Part shown: positions 32,708 to 43,390 of the stretch, piece by piece
Position numbering within the stretch: the first letter of the stretch is position 1
How the letters are laid out: each line of letters opens with the position of its first letter
Assembly (NCBI GenBank): GCA_900617105.1
Contig: UYFQ01000023.1
Span: 620,001 to 684,000, forward strand
Length of the DNA stretch: 64,000 bases
Source: Hydrurus foetidus
Taxonomy: Eukaryota
Reading direction: 5' to 3'
The notes under the pieces: model-generated
Told to the model about the DNA's origin: nothing
Seen by the model: only the letters and a program-made list of their open reading frames with translations
The model's database searches: none
Translations under genes and position numbers: made by a program

Positions 32708-34159
32708 ATGACAACCATTTCCCTTTTAATCAATGGCGAACACGCCGCCGCCAGCAACGGTGCCACCTTTGAGCGCCGCAACCCGCTTGACGGTAGCGTG
32801 GCCACCAAGGCCCCTGCCGCCACCGTGCAAGACGCCATCGCTGCCGTAGAAGCCGCCGCTCGGGCCTTTCCCGCCTGGTCAGCCACAGGCCCGGGCCAGC
32901 GCCGCGCACTGCTGACCCAAGCCGCCCACGCCCTGGAAGCCAAAGCCCCCGCGTTCATCGCCGCCATGGCCGCAGAAACCGGTGCTTCGGCGATGTGGGC
33001 CGGGTTCAACGTCCACTTGGCCGCAGGCACCTTGCTGGAAGCAGCGTCGCTCACCACACAAATTACTGGCGAAGTGATCCCCTCGGACGTGTCCGGCAGC
33101 CTGTCCATGGGCTTGCGCCAAGCGGCAGGCGTGGTGCTGGGCATGGCCCCATGGAACGCCCCCATCATCCTGGGTGTGCGCGCCATCGCCGTGCCACTGG
33201 CCTGCGGCAACACCGTGGTGCTCAAAGGCTCGGAACTCTGCCCTGCCACCCATGGCTTGATTGTTGAAGCCCTGCAAGAAGCGGGTTTGCCCCCCGGCGT
33301 TGTCAACTTCATCACCAATGCACCGGCCGATGCAGCCGCCGTGGTCGAAGCCATGGTGGCCCACCCAGCCGTACGCCGTGTGAACTTCACCGGCTCTACC
33401 GCTGTGGGCAAGATCATCGCCAGCACCTGCGCCAAACACCTCAAGCCCGTGGTGCTGGAACTGGGGGGCAAAGCGCCGCTGGTGGTACTGGACGATGCCG
33501 ACCTGGATGCAGCTGTCAACGCTGCTGCCTTCGGTGCTTTTGCCAACTCGGGGCAAATCTGCATGTCCACCGAACGCATCATCGTGGACGACAAAATCGC
33601 CGACGCCTTTGTCGCCAAGCTGGCGGCCAAAGCAGCCAGCCTGCCCCTGGGCGACCCACGCCTGGGGCCAGTGGTGCTGGGGTCGGTTGTGGACATGGGC
33701 ACAGTCACGCGCTGCAACGCCCTGATCGACGACGCATTAAGCCAAGGTGCCACGCTGCTGTGCGGTGGTAAAGCCGACAGCACGCTGATGCCCGCCACGC
33801 TGCTCGACCACGTCACCCCCGCCATGAAGATTTACAGCGATGAATCGTTTGGCCCAGTCAAAGGCATCGTGCGTGTGAACGGCGTGGAAGCCGCCATCGC
33901 TTGCGCCAATGACAACGCCTACGGCCTCTCCAGCGCCGTGTTTGGTCACGACATTGCCCGTGCCTTGCAGGTGGCCGGACGCATCCAGTCCGGCATCTGC
34001 CACGTAAACGGCCCTACCGTGCACGACGAACCGCAGATGCCTTTCGGTGGGGTCAAAGGCAGCGGCATCGGCAGCTTTGGCGGCAAAGCGGGCATAGAGG
34101 CCTTCACCGATCTGCGCTGGGTGACGGTGCAAACCACACCACGCCACTACCCGTTTTGA
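32708..34159 (+). CDS. Aromatic aldehyde dehydrogenase (vanillin/salicylaldehyde/benzaldehyde DH-like)
   Basis: PWNAP, FTGS, LELGGK, GQICMS and ESFGP motifs; C-terminal RHYPF. Confidence 0.88.
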   Translation: MTTISLLINGEHAAASNGATFERRNPLDGSVATKAPAATVQDAIAAVEAAARAFPAWSATGPGQRRALLTQAAHALEAKAPAFIAAMAAETGASAMWAGFNVHLAAGTLLEAASLTTQITGEVIPSDVSGSLSMGLRQAAGVVLGMAPWNAPIILGVRAIAVPLACGNTVVLKGSELCPATHGLIVEALQEAGLPPGVVNFITNAPADAAAVVEAMVAHPAVRRVNFTGSTAVGKIIASTCAKHLKPVVLELGGKAPLVVLDDADLDAAVNAAAFGAFANSGQICMSTERIIVDDKIADAFVAKLAAKAASLPLGDPRLGPVVLGSVVDMGTVTRCNALIDDALSQGATLLCGGKADSTLMPATLLDHVTPAMKIYSDESFGPVKGIVRVNGVEAAIACANDNAYGLSSAVFGHDIARALQVAGRIQSGICHVNGPTVHDEPQMPFGGVKGSGIGSFGGKAGIEAFTDLRWVTVQTTPRHYPF

Positions 34160-34211
34160 TTTTTGACACCTGCAAATACCCGCAAGCTACAGACATCCAC
34201 CGGAGACAGTC

Positions 34212-35216
34212 ATGCCCAAAATAATCAAGTCAAAAAACCTTGCAAAACTAACCAAATGGGCGCTAGCAGCTCTCTTTTTAGTAGCAAACACACTGCTGCC
34301 GATCACCGCATCTGCACAAGCGTGGCCCAGCAAACCGATTCGCGTCATCGTCAACTTCCCCCCGGGCGGTGCGGCTGACCAGATTGCTCGCGCTATCACT
34401 GTGCCTCTGCAAGACGCCCTGGGGCAGCCGGTGGTGGTGGACAACCGCGCTGGTGCAGGCGGCAATATCGGCGGTGATGCGCTGGCCAAAGCACCGCCCG
34501 ACGGCTACACGCTGCTGCTGACCTCGGGCGGGTTGGTCTCGATTAACCCGGCGATTTACCCCAAGATGCCGTTTGACCCCACCAAAGACATCATCCCCGT
34601 CGCCGCTGCGGCCCGGGTGCTGGTGTTTTTGGAGGTCAAGCCCACCCTGCCGGTGAAAGATGTGCGGGCCTTCATCAGCTACGTCAAAGCCAATCCCGGC
34701 AAACTGACCTACGGCACACCGGGCAATGGCTCGTCGCCGCACCTGGCTGGTGAAATGTTCAAGGACATGACCCAGTCCTTCGCCGTGCATGTGCCCTACC
34801 GTGGCGCGGCCCCGGCGATGCAGGATCTGCTGGGAGGCCAAGTGGACTTCATGTTCGACCCTGGTATCGGGCTGAACCATGTGCGCGCTGGCAAACTCAA
34901 GCTGCTGGCCGTGGGCAGCCCCAAACGCTCACCGCTGTTCCCGGATGTTCCTACGTTGGACGAAGTTGGCCTCAAAGGCTTTGACGCCGATACGGTGTTC
35001 GGCTTTTACGCCCCTGCGGGGTTGCCGACAGACACCGTTACCAGGCTGAACCGTGAAATCAACAAGATTCTGGGCACCCAGGCGGTGAAAGACCGCATCG
35101 CCGCACTGGGCGGCGAGGTGGCACCCATGACACCTGCGGAATTCGGGGCCAAAGCCCATGAAGACACCGCACGTTTTGGCAAGCTGATCCGTGAGCGACG
35201 CATTGTGGGGGACTGA
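34212..35216 (+). CDS. Bug/TctC tripartite tricarboxylate transporter substrate-binding protein
   Basis: WPSKPIRVIVNFPPGG, NRAGAGG and VPYRG motifs. Confidence 0.92.
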   Translation: MPKIIKSKNLAKLTKWALAALFLVANTLLPITASAQAWPSKPIRVIVNFPPGGAADQIARAITVPLQDALGQPVVVDNRAGAGGNIGGDALAKAPPDGYTLLLTSGGLVSINPAIYPKMPFDPTKDIIPVAAAARVLVFLEVKPTLPVKDVRAFISYVKANPGKLTYGTPGNGSSPHLAGEMFKDMTQSFAVHVPYRGAAPAMQDLLGGQVDFMFDPGIGLNHVRAGKLKLLAVGSPKRSPLFPDVPTLDEVGLKGFDADTVFGFYAPAGLPTDTVTRLNREINKILGTQAVKDRIAALGGEVAPMTPAEFGAKAHEDTARFGKLIRERRIVGD

Positions 35217-35226
35217 ATACGGGGAA

Positions 35227-36552
35227 CTAGAGCACCAGAATGGCCCGGAAATCATTCACATTGGTATTTGTAGGCCCTGTCACCATCAGGTCGTTCAAGG
35301 CGCTGAAGTAACCGTAAGCGTCATTGCGGTCAAGGTAATCGGCCACCTTCAGGCCCTCATCCGTGGCCCGGTGCAGCGTATCGGGCGTGACAAAAGCGCC
35401 GGCGTTGTCTTCAACGCCGTCAATGCCATCGGTGTCTGCGGCCAAGGCATACACCCCGGCTTGACCTTGCAGCGCCTGGGCCAGCCCCAAACAAAACTCG
35501 CCGGCACGCCCGCCGCGACCACGGGGGGTGCCGGGCGGTTGAGGTCGGATCGTCACCGTGGTTTCACCGCCACTCAGGATGACGCAAGGCTTGGCGAAGG
35601 GCTGGCCTTTGGCGGCCACGGCACGCGCCAGCGCCGCATGGACTTTGCCCACTTCACGCGACTCGCCTTCCATTTCGTCAGACAGGATGTACGCGGCGAT
35701 ACCCGCAGCCCGCGCCAGTTCAGCCGCTGCCTCAAGCGACTGCTGTGGCGTGGCCATCATATGGACTTCATGACCCCTGAAAACAGATGCACCTGGTTTG
35801 GGGGTTTCCAGGGCGTTTTGATGCAACAAATCGAGCACCACAGCAGGTACATCAATCGCATAGCGCTTCAAAATTTGTAGTGCCTCAGTGCAGGTGCTGG
35901 CATCAGAAACGGTGGGCCCGCTGGCGATGATGGACGGGTCATCACCCGGCACGTCGCTGATGGTCAGCGTGACGACACGGGCGGGCGCACAGGCCGCGCC
36001 CAAGCGCCCCCCTTTGATGCGCGAGAGGTGCTTGCGCACGCAGTTCATCTCGCTGATGTTCGCGCCACTGTGGAGCAGGGCTTTGTTGATGCGCTGCTTG
36101 TCTTCGAGCGTGAGACCCTCGCAGGGCAACGTCAGCAAAGCCGAGCCGCCGCCGGAGATCAGGCACAGCACCAAATCGTCCTCGGTCAACCCTTCGGTCA
36201 GTGCCAGGATGCGCTGTGCAGCGGCCAGACCAGCGGCATCGGGCACGGGGTGGGCGGCTTCAACGAGTTCAATGCGCTGGGGCAAACCCACAGGGCGTGT
36301 CGGAATATGGTGATAGCGGGTGACGACCAAACCACTCAGCGGGGCGTCTGCAGGCCACAGCGCCTCCACCGCCTGCGCCATCGCCCCGCCAGCTTTGCCA
36401 GCGCCCAGCACCAAAGTACGGCCTTTGGGGGGAGGTGGCAAATAGGCAGCAGTGTTATGCAACGGCAGGGCACGCTGCACAGCCGCTTGGTACAGGTATG
36501 CCAGAAATTGCCTGGGTTGGGTGTGGGGATCGGGAATGCTGGGGGTCATCAT
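35227..36552 (-). CDS. Glycerate 2-kinase (MOFRL/TtuD family)
   Basis: GAGKAG, LISGGGSAL, SGGETTV, DTDGIDG and TNVND motifs. Confidence 0.92.
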   Translation of the reverse strand: MMTPSIPDPHTQPRQFLAYLYQAAVQRALPLHNTAAYLPPPPKGRTLVLGAGKAGGAMAQAVEALWPADAPLSGLVVTRYHHIPTRPVGLPQRIELVEAAHPVPDAAGLAAAQRILALTEGLTEDDLVLCLISGGGSALLTLPCEGLTLEDKQRINKALLHSGANISEMNCVRKHLSRIKGGRLGAACAPARVVTLTISDVPGDDPSIIASGPTVSDASTCTEALQILKRYAIDVPAVVLDLLHQNALETPKPGASVFRGHEVHMMATPQQSLEAAAELARAAGIAAYILSDEMEGESREVGKVHAALARAVAAKGQPFAKPCVILSGGETTVTIRPQPPGTPRGRGGRAGEFCLGLAQALQGQAGVYALAADTDGIDGVEDNAGAFVTPDTLHRATDEGLKVADYLDRNDAYGYFSALNDLMVTGPTNTNVNDFRAILVL

Positions 36553-36663
36553 GTCAAGAGGTCTCCTGAATCGATTGTGCCAGCAGGCTGCTTGGCGGAT
36601 TTCATCTGCACATCATTCAATGCCCGTTATGCAGAAAACCTGATGACTCGGCAAAATGCATGA

Positions 36664-38070
36664 ATGTCTACCCTTCTGATCCACAACGCCACCTGCATCG
36701 CGACCCTTCACGAGCCACTCGGCGAGCTGCACAACGCCTCCATCGTCATTGAAGGCAACACCATTGCCCACATCGGCCCCGCCAGCGCCCTGCCCCCGGC
36801 CCTGTTGGCCAGCGCTGACGAAGTGATCGACGCACGGGGCCACCTCGTCATACCCGGTATGGTGAACACCCACCACCACATGACCCAATCGCTCACCCGG
36901 GCGATTCCTGAAGTGCAAAACGCTGAGCTGTTTGGCTGGTTGCGCGGGTTGTACCCCCTGTGGGCGGGGTTGACACCGGAGATGGTGCAGGTGTCCACCC
37001 AAATCGCGATGGCCGAGTTACTGCTGTCAGGCTGCACCACCAGCAGCGACCACCTCTACATTTACCCCAACGGCGTGCGCCTGGAAGACAGCCTGGAAGC
37101 CGCTACGCAGATCGGGATGCGCTTTGTCGCGACCCGAGGCAGCATGAGCGTGGGCCAATCCCAGGGCGGCTTACCGCCTGACCGTGTGGTGGAACGCGAA
37201 GACGCCATACTGAAAGACAGCCAGCGCCTGATTGAGACCTATCACGACGCTCGCCACGGCGCGATGCTGAACATCGCCCTCGCCCCCTGCTCGCCCTTCA
37301 GCGTCAGCCGCGATTTGATGCGCGAATCGGCAGCACTGGCACGCTCCTTCAAAGGCCAAAACGTGCGCCTGCACACCCATCTGGCAGAAAACGACCACGA
37401 CATCGCCTACAGCCGCGAGAAATTCAACTGCACCCCCGCCGAATACGCGCAAGACCTGGGCTGGCTGGGCGACGACGTGTGGCACGCCCACTGCGTCAAG
37501 CTGGATGACGCGGGCATCAGCCTCTACGCCGCCACCCGCACAGGCGTGGCGCACTGCCCTTGCAGCAACATGCGGCTGGCATCCGGCATAGCACCGGTAC
37601 GCAAGATGCTGAACGCAGGCGTGCCCGTCGGGCTGGGCGTGGACGGCAGCGCCAGCAACGACGGCGCGCACATGGTGAACGAAGCCCGCATGGCCTTGCT
37701 GCTGGCCCGCGTGGGGAAATCGCTGGAACCGTTCGGTTGTGACACCGGCCCCACAGAGATGACCGCCCGCGACGTGCTGAGCGTCGCCACACGAGGTGGC
37801 GCTCAGGTGCTGGGCCGCAGCGACATCGGTCACCTGGCCCCCGGCATGTGCGCTGATATGGCCCTGTTTGACCTGCGCACCCTGGGTTTTGCCGGAGGTG
37901 CTGTGCATGACCCTGTAGGCAGCCTGCTGCTGTGCGCCAGCGCACAGGCGGCTTACACCGTGGTAAACGGGCGGGTGGTGGTGCGCGAAGGGCAGCTGAC
38001 GACGGTGGATTTGGGGCCGCTGGTGGAGCGGCACAACCAGCTGGCTAGGGCGCTGGTGTCGGCTCGGTAG
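36664..38070 (+). CDS. Amidohydrolase, 8-oxoguanine deaminase-like
   Basis: NTHHH, APCSPFSVS, HTHLAE, HCPCSNMRL and LGVDGSASND motifs. Confidence 0.85.
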   Translation: MSTLLIHNATCIATLHEPLGELHNASIVIEGNTIAHIGPASALPPALLASADEVIDARGHLVIPGMVNTHHHMTQSLTRAIPEVQNAELFGWLRGLYPLWAGLTPEMVQVSTQIAMAELLLSGCTTSSDHLYIYPNGVRLEDSLEAATQIGMRFVATRGSMSVGQSQGGLPPDRVVEREDAILKDSQRLIETYHDARHGAMLNIALAPCSPFSVSRDLMRESAALARSFKGQNVRLHTHLAENDHDIAYSREKFNCTPAEYAQDLGWLGDDVWHAHCVKLDDAGISLYAATRTGVAHCPCSNMRLASGIAPVRKMLNAGVPVGLGVDGSASNDGAHMVNEARMALLLARVGKSLEPFGCDTGPTEMTARDVLSVATRGGAQVLGRSDIGHLAPGMCADMALFDLRTLGFAGGAVHDPVGSLLLCASAQAAYTVVNGRVVVREGQLTTVDLGPLVERHNQLARALVSAR

Positions 38071-38899
38071 CCGCTTCGGCAACTTGGGCCGCCACATCGG
38101 TAACTTCTGTCGCCTCAGTTTCGATAGCGGCTGTAGCGTCTGACACTGCTGCCACGGCTGGCGCACTGACCGCAGGGCTGCGTTTGCGGGCCAATGCCGC
38201 ACTGACATCGCGCTGGTTCATGCCGTACATGTCGGCGAACTCGGCCAGCGATTTGCCGCTGGCTTCAAACGCACGCACCAAGGCTTCTTGTTTCGCGAGT
38301 TTTTGGTCCAATTCGGCCAAGGCTTCTTCCAACAACGCGGTGGCTTCGTCGTCCTTGGTTTGCACTTTGGACAGGTATTCGAGCGGGGTCAGGCCCGAGG
38401 CTTCCACGACGGCGATCAACTGCGCGATGAACTTGGGGCGCAAATCTTCACGCGAACGGGCTTGGCGGCGGCGAAACAGCTCCAGCATCGACAAGTAAAT
38501 GTGCTCTGGGGCCACGTCGTCCACGGCCACGCCTTGCAAGTCATGGCGCTGCTTACCAGCGGCCACGCTTTGCAGGTAACGGGCTGAGCGGGTGTGGACG
38601 CTCAAAGCGGCTTTCAGGCTGTCGCGCTCGAACACCTCGGGGTGGGCGGCCAGGAGCTCTTGGAAGATGCCCAGCTTGAGCGGTAAAAACTCTGCACCAA
38701 AAAGATGGGGATAGAAGCCAAACAGCTGCTCCAGCACGGGCTGAGCGGCTTCCATGCGGTTGGGCTTTTTGGCCTGCGGCTCACCTTGAATGGCGACTTG
38801 ATCGGCGGCAGGTGCAGGGGATGGCTCTGGCAGTTGAGGTGGTTCAACGGACAAAACAGGAGCGTCTAAAGTGGTCATGCAGGTCATAGAAGTAAACAT
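38045..38899 (-). CDS. ProQ/FinO family RNA-binding protein
   Basis: PLKLGIFQEL and ALSVHTRSARYL...RHDLQG ProQ/FinO motifs. Confidence 0.8.
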   Translation of the reverse strand: MFTSMTCMTTLDAPVLSVEPPQLPEPSPAPAADQVAIQGEPQAKKPNRMEAAQPVLEQLFGFYPHLFGAEFLPLKLGIFQELLAAHPEVFERDSLKAALSVHTRSARYLQSVAAGKQRHDLQGVAVDDVAPEHIYLSMLELFRRRQARSREDLRPKFIAQLIAVVEASGLTPLEYLSKVQTKDDEATALLEEALAELDQKLAKQEALVRAFEASGKSLAEFADMYGMNQRDVSAALARKRSPAVSAPAVAAVSDATAAIETEATEVTDVAAQVAEAATEPTPAP

Positions 38900-38967
38900 C
38901 GGGTCAACCTGCGATTGTCACGCAATGGCGCATCCCCCTGCAACGGGGGCCTGTCACCCGATTTTTG

Positions 38968-40263
38968 TCACCATATTTTGGCGTGCTTGGCCTGTGCCGC
39001 CAGCTCTGCACGAAAATTCGGGTGGGCGATGGCGATCAGCTCTTGCGCACGTTGTTTGGCCGATTTGCCCCGCAATTGCGCCACACCAAACTCCGTGACC
39101 ACGTAGTTGATGTCGTTTTTGCTGGTGCTGACATGCGTGCCCGGCGAGAGGCTGAGCACGATGCGCGAAATGGTGTCGTTCTTGGCGGTTGAGGGCAGCA
39201 CGATGAACGCCTTGCCACCCCGCGACAGGTTCGCCGCACGCACAAAATCCGATTGCCCGCCGGTGCCCGAATACGGCGCAAAACCTAAGCTTTCTGAGCC
39301 GCACTGCCCCAGCAGGTCAATCTGCAACGTGGCGTTGATGGCGGCCAAATTGTCGTTTTTGCCAGCCAACACAGGGTTGTTGGTGAAATCAACCGGGTGC
39401 ATCTCTAAACCGGGGTTGCGGTTCATGAAGCGGTACAGCTTGGCGGAACCCAAGCCAAAGGTGGCGATCATCTTGCCGGGCAGGTAGTTTTTGCGGCGGT
39501 TGGTGACAGCCCCGCATTCCACCAAGCTCAGAATGCCGTCGCCAATCATCTCGGTGTGGATACCGAGATCGTGCTTTTGCGTGAGCTGCATCACCACCGC
39601 ATCGGGGATGCCGCCGTAGCCGATTTGCAGCGTTGCGCCATCGTCAATCAAATCCGCCACGTACTTGCCAATCGCCTCTTGCACCGGGCCGATTTTGGGC
39701 AAACCTACCTCCAGCACCGGCTCATTGCTTTCCACCAAGGCCGTCACTTGTGAGATGTGGATATGGCAGTTGCCATAGGCAAACGGCACATTGGGGTTGA
39801 CCTCCAGCACGATGGCACGGGCCTTCGCCACAGCGGCCATCGTGTAATCCACCCCCAGGCTGAGCGAAAAATAACCATGCTCGTCCATCGGCGAGGCCAT
39901 GCTGAAGACGACATCCGCCCCAATTTGCCCACGCTCGATTTGCGGGGGTATTTCTGAGAAGTAATTGGGAATGAAATCCACCCAGCCTGTCTGCCCCCCC
40001 AAGCGCGAAGCCCCCCCGTAGAAGAAGGCCACATGGCGCACGTTATCAACCGTTTCGGGGTCAAAGTAAGCGTATTTGCGCATCGCCAACACTTGGCCAA
40101 TTTTCACATCTTGAAAGCTGCGGCACTGCTCTGACAGCGCGGTCAACAAGGCAGGTGGCTCACCCACGCCTGTGGGAACGATGATGAAATCGCCGTTGTG
40201 GACATGGCGTACCGCATCCGTGGCCGACATGCGTTTGTCCAGATACAGGGTCTTAATCGACAT
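38968..40263 (-). CDS. Acetyl-CoA hydrolase / 4-hydroxybutyrate CoA-transferase family
   Basis: LQIGYGGIPDAV, HTEM, SGTGGQSDF and VTEFG motifs. Confidence 0.9.
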   Translation of the reverse strand: MSIKTLYLDKRMSATDAVRHVHNGDFIIVPTGVGEPPALLTALSEQCRSFQDVKIGQVLAMRKYAYFDPETVDNVRHVAFFYGGASRLGGQTGWVDFIPNYFSEIPPQIERGQIGADVVFSMASPMDEHGYFSLSLGVDYTMAAVAKARAIVLEVNPNVPFAYGNCHIHISQVTALVESNEPVLEVGLPKIGPVQEAIGKYVADLIDDGATLQIGYGGIPDAVVMQLTQKHDLGIHTEMIGDGILSLVECGAVTNRRKNYLPGKMIATFGLGSAKLYRFMNRNPGLEMHPVDFTNNPVLAGKNDNLAAINATLQIDLLGQCGSESLGFAPYSGTGGQSDFVRAANLSRGGKAFIVLPSTAKNDTISRIVLSLSPGTHVSTSKNDINYVVTEFGVAQLRGKSAKQRAQELIAIAHPNFRAELAAQAKHAKIW

Positions 40264-40397
40264 ATAAGGTCTCCTTTTTCGCGCTTAATGGGCACTGTGG
40301 TTGGAATCATAAGATTTGTCGCTAACCTCAAACTTACTTGACCCGAAGAGCGCCCCGCATTAGCCTGTCTAGGCATATCCGTCCAACGCACAACACC

Positions 40398-41858
40398 ATG
40401 TCCCCTTTAAGTTCTGACCGCCAAAAGACCAACATCGCACTGTTAGATCGGTTTTACGGCATATTTATTTTGGCTTGCGCTTTGCTTTTGTCTGTGGGTG
40501 TGCCCTTTGTGTTCTACCGCAAAGCGGCCAGCGCAGTTGCCACCATCACCATGGTAGCGATTGTGGTGTTCGCGTGGCGCATGAGCCGCCGTGGTGAACC
40601 CCAAAAATCGCTGACTTACTTCACGGTAGCCCTATGGCTGGCGCTGGTAGGGTTGATCTACACAGGCTTGCCCAGCACCACGGCGGCCACAGCCATTGCG
40701 GCCTCAGTCATGTTGGCTGTGGTGGTGAATGCACGTGCAGGCGTTATCTTTGGCACCACCTACATGCTGGCGTGGTTGATGCACGTCGTCTTGCTAAGCC
40801 TCGATTTAGCCCCCACGCCTTATTTCATTGGCGCCCCTTTCACAGGCTGGTTCATGGGGGCCATCGGCATCTGGCTGGTGCTGTTGCCCATTCCTGAGTT
40901 GGTGCGCAAGCTGCACCATGCGGCATCGCTGCAACGCGCCGTGATTGAAGCCACCACCGATGGCATTTTGGTCGTCAACAGCGAAGGTAAAGTGACCACG
41001 TACAACCAGCGCTTCGTGGGGCTGTGGCGCATACCCAGCGTCGATGCTGAATCCGGAGACGACAGCCGATTGCTCAAGGGTGTGGTAGAGCAGCTGGCAG
41101 ATCCCGCGCAATTCATGGACAAAGTGAAAGAGCTGTATGCGCATCCCAACCAGTCCAGCTTTGACACTCTGCGCTTCAAAGATGGCCGGGTTTTTGAGCG
41201 GCATTCGCACCCCCAGCGTTTAGGCCACAGCACCGTAGGCCGTGTGTGGAGCTTTCGCGACGTCACAGAACGCGAGGCAGCACAGGCTGAAATCAAGCGG
41301 CTGGCGTTTTACGACACGCTGACCCTGCTGCCCAACCGCCGCTTGTTGAGCGACCGCCTTGAGCAAATGATGCAAACTTGCCAACGCAACGGCCAGAATG
41401 GCGCACTGCTGTTTCTCGATCTGGACAACTTCAAACCCCTGAACGACACCTACGGCCACAGCGTGGGCGATTTGCTGCTGATAGAAGTAGCGCAACGCCT
41501 GACCCACGCGGTGCGCCAAATCGACACCGTAGCGCGGTTCGGCGGCGATGAATTCGTGGTGATGTTGGGCAACCTGGACATCGACTTGGATGCCGCCCGC
41601 CAGCACACCCGCAAAGTGGCCGAAAAAATTCGCTATGAGCTGGCACAACCTTATCACTTGACCCTGCCCCACAGCGAACACCAGCCCAGACAAGTACAGC
41701 ACCACTGCACTTCCAGTATTGGCGCCACCCTGTTCCCCTCGCCACCAGTGAGCACGGATGATGTGCTCAAACAAGCAGACATGGCCATGTACCGCGCCAA
41801 AGACACCGGGCGCAATACGGTACATTTTTATGAACACGAAGTCTTGACGGAGGCTTGA
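40398..41858 (+). CDS. Membrane-bound PAS-GGDEF diguanylate cyclase
   Basis: N-terminal TM helices, PAS domain, D.LT.LPNR, DLDNFK..ND.YGH and RFGGDEF motifs. Confidence 0.92.
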   Translation: MSPLSSDRQKTNIALLDRFYGIFILACALLLSVGVPFVFYRKAASAVATITMVAIVVFAWRMSRRGEPQKSLTYFTVALWLALVGLIYTGLPSTTAATAIAASVMLAVVVNARAGVIFGTTYMLAWLMHVVLLSLDLAPTPYFIGAPFTGWFMGAIGIWLVLLPIPELVRKLHHAASLQRAVIEATTDGILVVNSEGKVTTYNQRFVGLWRIPSVDAESGDDSRLLKGVVEQLADPAQFMDKVKELYAHPNQSSFDTLRFKDGRVFERHSHPQRLGHSTVGRVWSFRDVTEREAAQAEIKRLAFYDTLTLLPNRRLLSDRLEQMMQTCQRNGQNGALLFLDLDNFKPLNDTYGHSVGDLLLIEVAQRLTHAVRQIDTVARFGGDEFVVMLGNLDIDLDAARQHTRKVAEKIRYELAQPYHLTLPHSEHQPRQVQHHCTSSIGATLFPSPPVSTDDVLKQADMAMYRAKDTGRNTVHFYEHEVLTEA

Positions 41859-41975
41859 AGCATCCTCTGGCGGCCTGAAGTAATGGACTTCTACCCGCCT
41901 CATCTTTCTTCTCAGCCTTCTGCTTGCGCTTCAGCTTTCGCGTCTCCTCATTTTCAAAAATTGACCATTTACGCT

Positions 41976-42605
41976 ATGCTCACCGCCAACAAACTCATGC
42001 CCCAAGGCCAAGGCCTTGCCTCCGTCTTGCTCAAACGCGCCGCCACCCTGGAACTCGATTGGGATGTGCGCCAGAAAAGCCGCTTTGACGCGACCGACTC
42101 CCTGGGCCGCCAAATCGGTGTGTTCCTTCCCCGAGGCACCGCTGTGCGCGGGGGCGATGTGCTGGTGGCCGAAGACGGCTCGCTGGTGCGCGTGCTCGCC
42201 GCACCCCAGCCGGTGCTGGTCATCACCCCCTGCACAGAACACGGCACCGCGTTTGATTTGACCCGTGCCGCCTACCACCTCGGCAACCGCCATGTGCCCA
42301 TTGAGCTGGCCCCCGATCACCTGAAGATTGAGCCCGACCATGTGCTGGCCGACATGCTGCGTGCCATGCACCTCACCGTGCAAGAGACAAGCGCTGCGTT
42401 CGAGCCCGAGAACGGCGCCTACAGCGCGCAGGGGCATGCACATGGCTCGGCGCACAGCCACGAACCCGCACAACCCACCACCCGCAAACCCATCGCCATC
42501 CCCGTGAAAGCAGCCCCCCATGTCCACGGCCCTGACTGTGGCCACAACCACAAAGATGAGCACGGCGGACACGGGCATGACCACGGTCATTCACACAAGC
42601 ACTGA
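41976..42605 (+). CDS. ureE: Urease accessory protein UreE
   Basis: AYHLGNRH and FEPE.GAY motifs, His-rich tail. Confidence 0.95.
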   Translation: MLTANKLMPQGQGLASVLLKRAATLELDWDVRQKSRFDATDSLGRQIGVFLPRGTAVRGGDVLVAEDGSLVRVLAAPQPVLVITPCTEHGTAFDLTRAAYHLGNRHVPIELAPDHLKIEPDHVLADMLRAMHLTVQETSAAFEPENGAYSAQGHAHGSAHSHEPAQPTTRKPIAIPVKAAPHVHGPDCGHNHKDEHGGHGHDHGHSHKH

Positions 42606-42607
42606 AA

Positions 42608-43303
42608 ATGGCACCGGCACCCCCAGCCCCGTCCAGCCTGCTGCAACTGATCTGGCTGGCCTCCCCCGCCTTGCCGATTGGCGGATTTTCTTACTCCGAA
42701 GTGCTAGAAGCAGGCGTTGAATGGGCGGGAGTAGCTACTGAATCCATAGCATCCGACTGGCTGCTCGATCAGCTGCACCTGACTCTCGCCCGCAGCGATC
42801 TGCCCGTGGTGACACAAGCCATACCGGCATGGCTGCACGGCGATGTGGCACGGCTCCAGCAGTTGAACGACTGGGTGCTGCACACCCGCGAATCCGCCGA
42901 GCTGCGCCAGCAAACCGTGCAAATGGGCCGCTCGTTTGTCGAATGGTTGCGGCTGCACCATGCCGATGCGCAAGATCAATTCACCCACGCACTCGTAGAC
43001 ACCGCCCCCACCTACCCCATCGCCTTTGCCTTTGCCGGAGCCAGAACCGGGGCCAGCGTGCAGGATGTGGGCTTGGCGTTTGCCTTTGGCTGGGCCGAAA
43101 ACATGGTGGCTGCAGCCGTCAAATCGGTGCCGCTGGGCCAAAGCGCGGGGCAACGCATCCTGGCCCGCCTGAGCACCGCCATCCCCGATGCCGTCACCCG
43201 CGCCCTGGCGCAAAGCGACGATGACCGCCAAGCCTTCACCCCCATGCTGGCGATTTTTTCGGCACGGCATGAAACCCAATACTCCCGACTTTTTCGCTCT
43301 TAG
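42608..43303 (+). CDS. ureF: Urease accessory protein UreF
   Basis: [12 protein letters not shown] and [11 protein letters not shown] motifs. Confidence 0.95.
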   Translation: MAPAPPAPSSLLQLIWLASPALPIGGFSYSEVLEAGVEWAGVATESIASDWLLDQLHLTLARSDLPVVTQAIPAWLHGDVARLQQLNDWVLHTRESAELRQQTVQMGRSFVEWLRLHHADAQDQFTHALVDTAPTYPIAFAFAGARTGASVQDVGLAFAFGWAENMVAAAVKSVPLGQSAGQRILARLSTAIPDAVTRALAQSDDDRQAFTPMLAIFSARHETQYSRLFRS

Positions 43304-43390
43304 CGCTATGAATGCTCTTACCGCTCTTATCGCTTACACCATAAGCACAGGTAGCTATCATTTTTTCAAACATCTCAATCCAAACACCCC

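Noticed and set aside
38045..38070. 26-bp convergent overlap of the deaminase and ProQ-family genes
   Set aside because: Short 3' overlaps of convergent genes are common.
38112..38150. Weak element-like sequences in the ProQ C-terminus (also 12171-12190, 30918-30930, 11042-11055)
   Set aside because: Only half of the dyad matches; cannot be separated from chance by eye.
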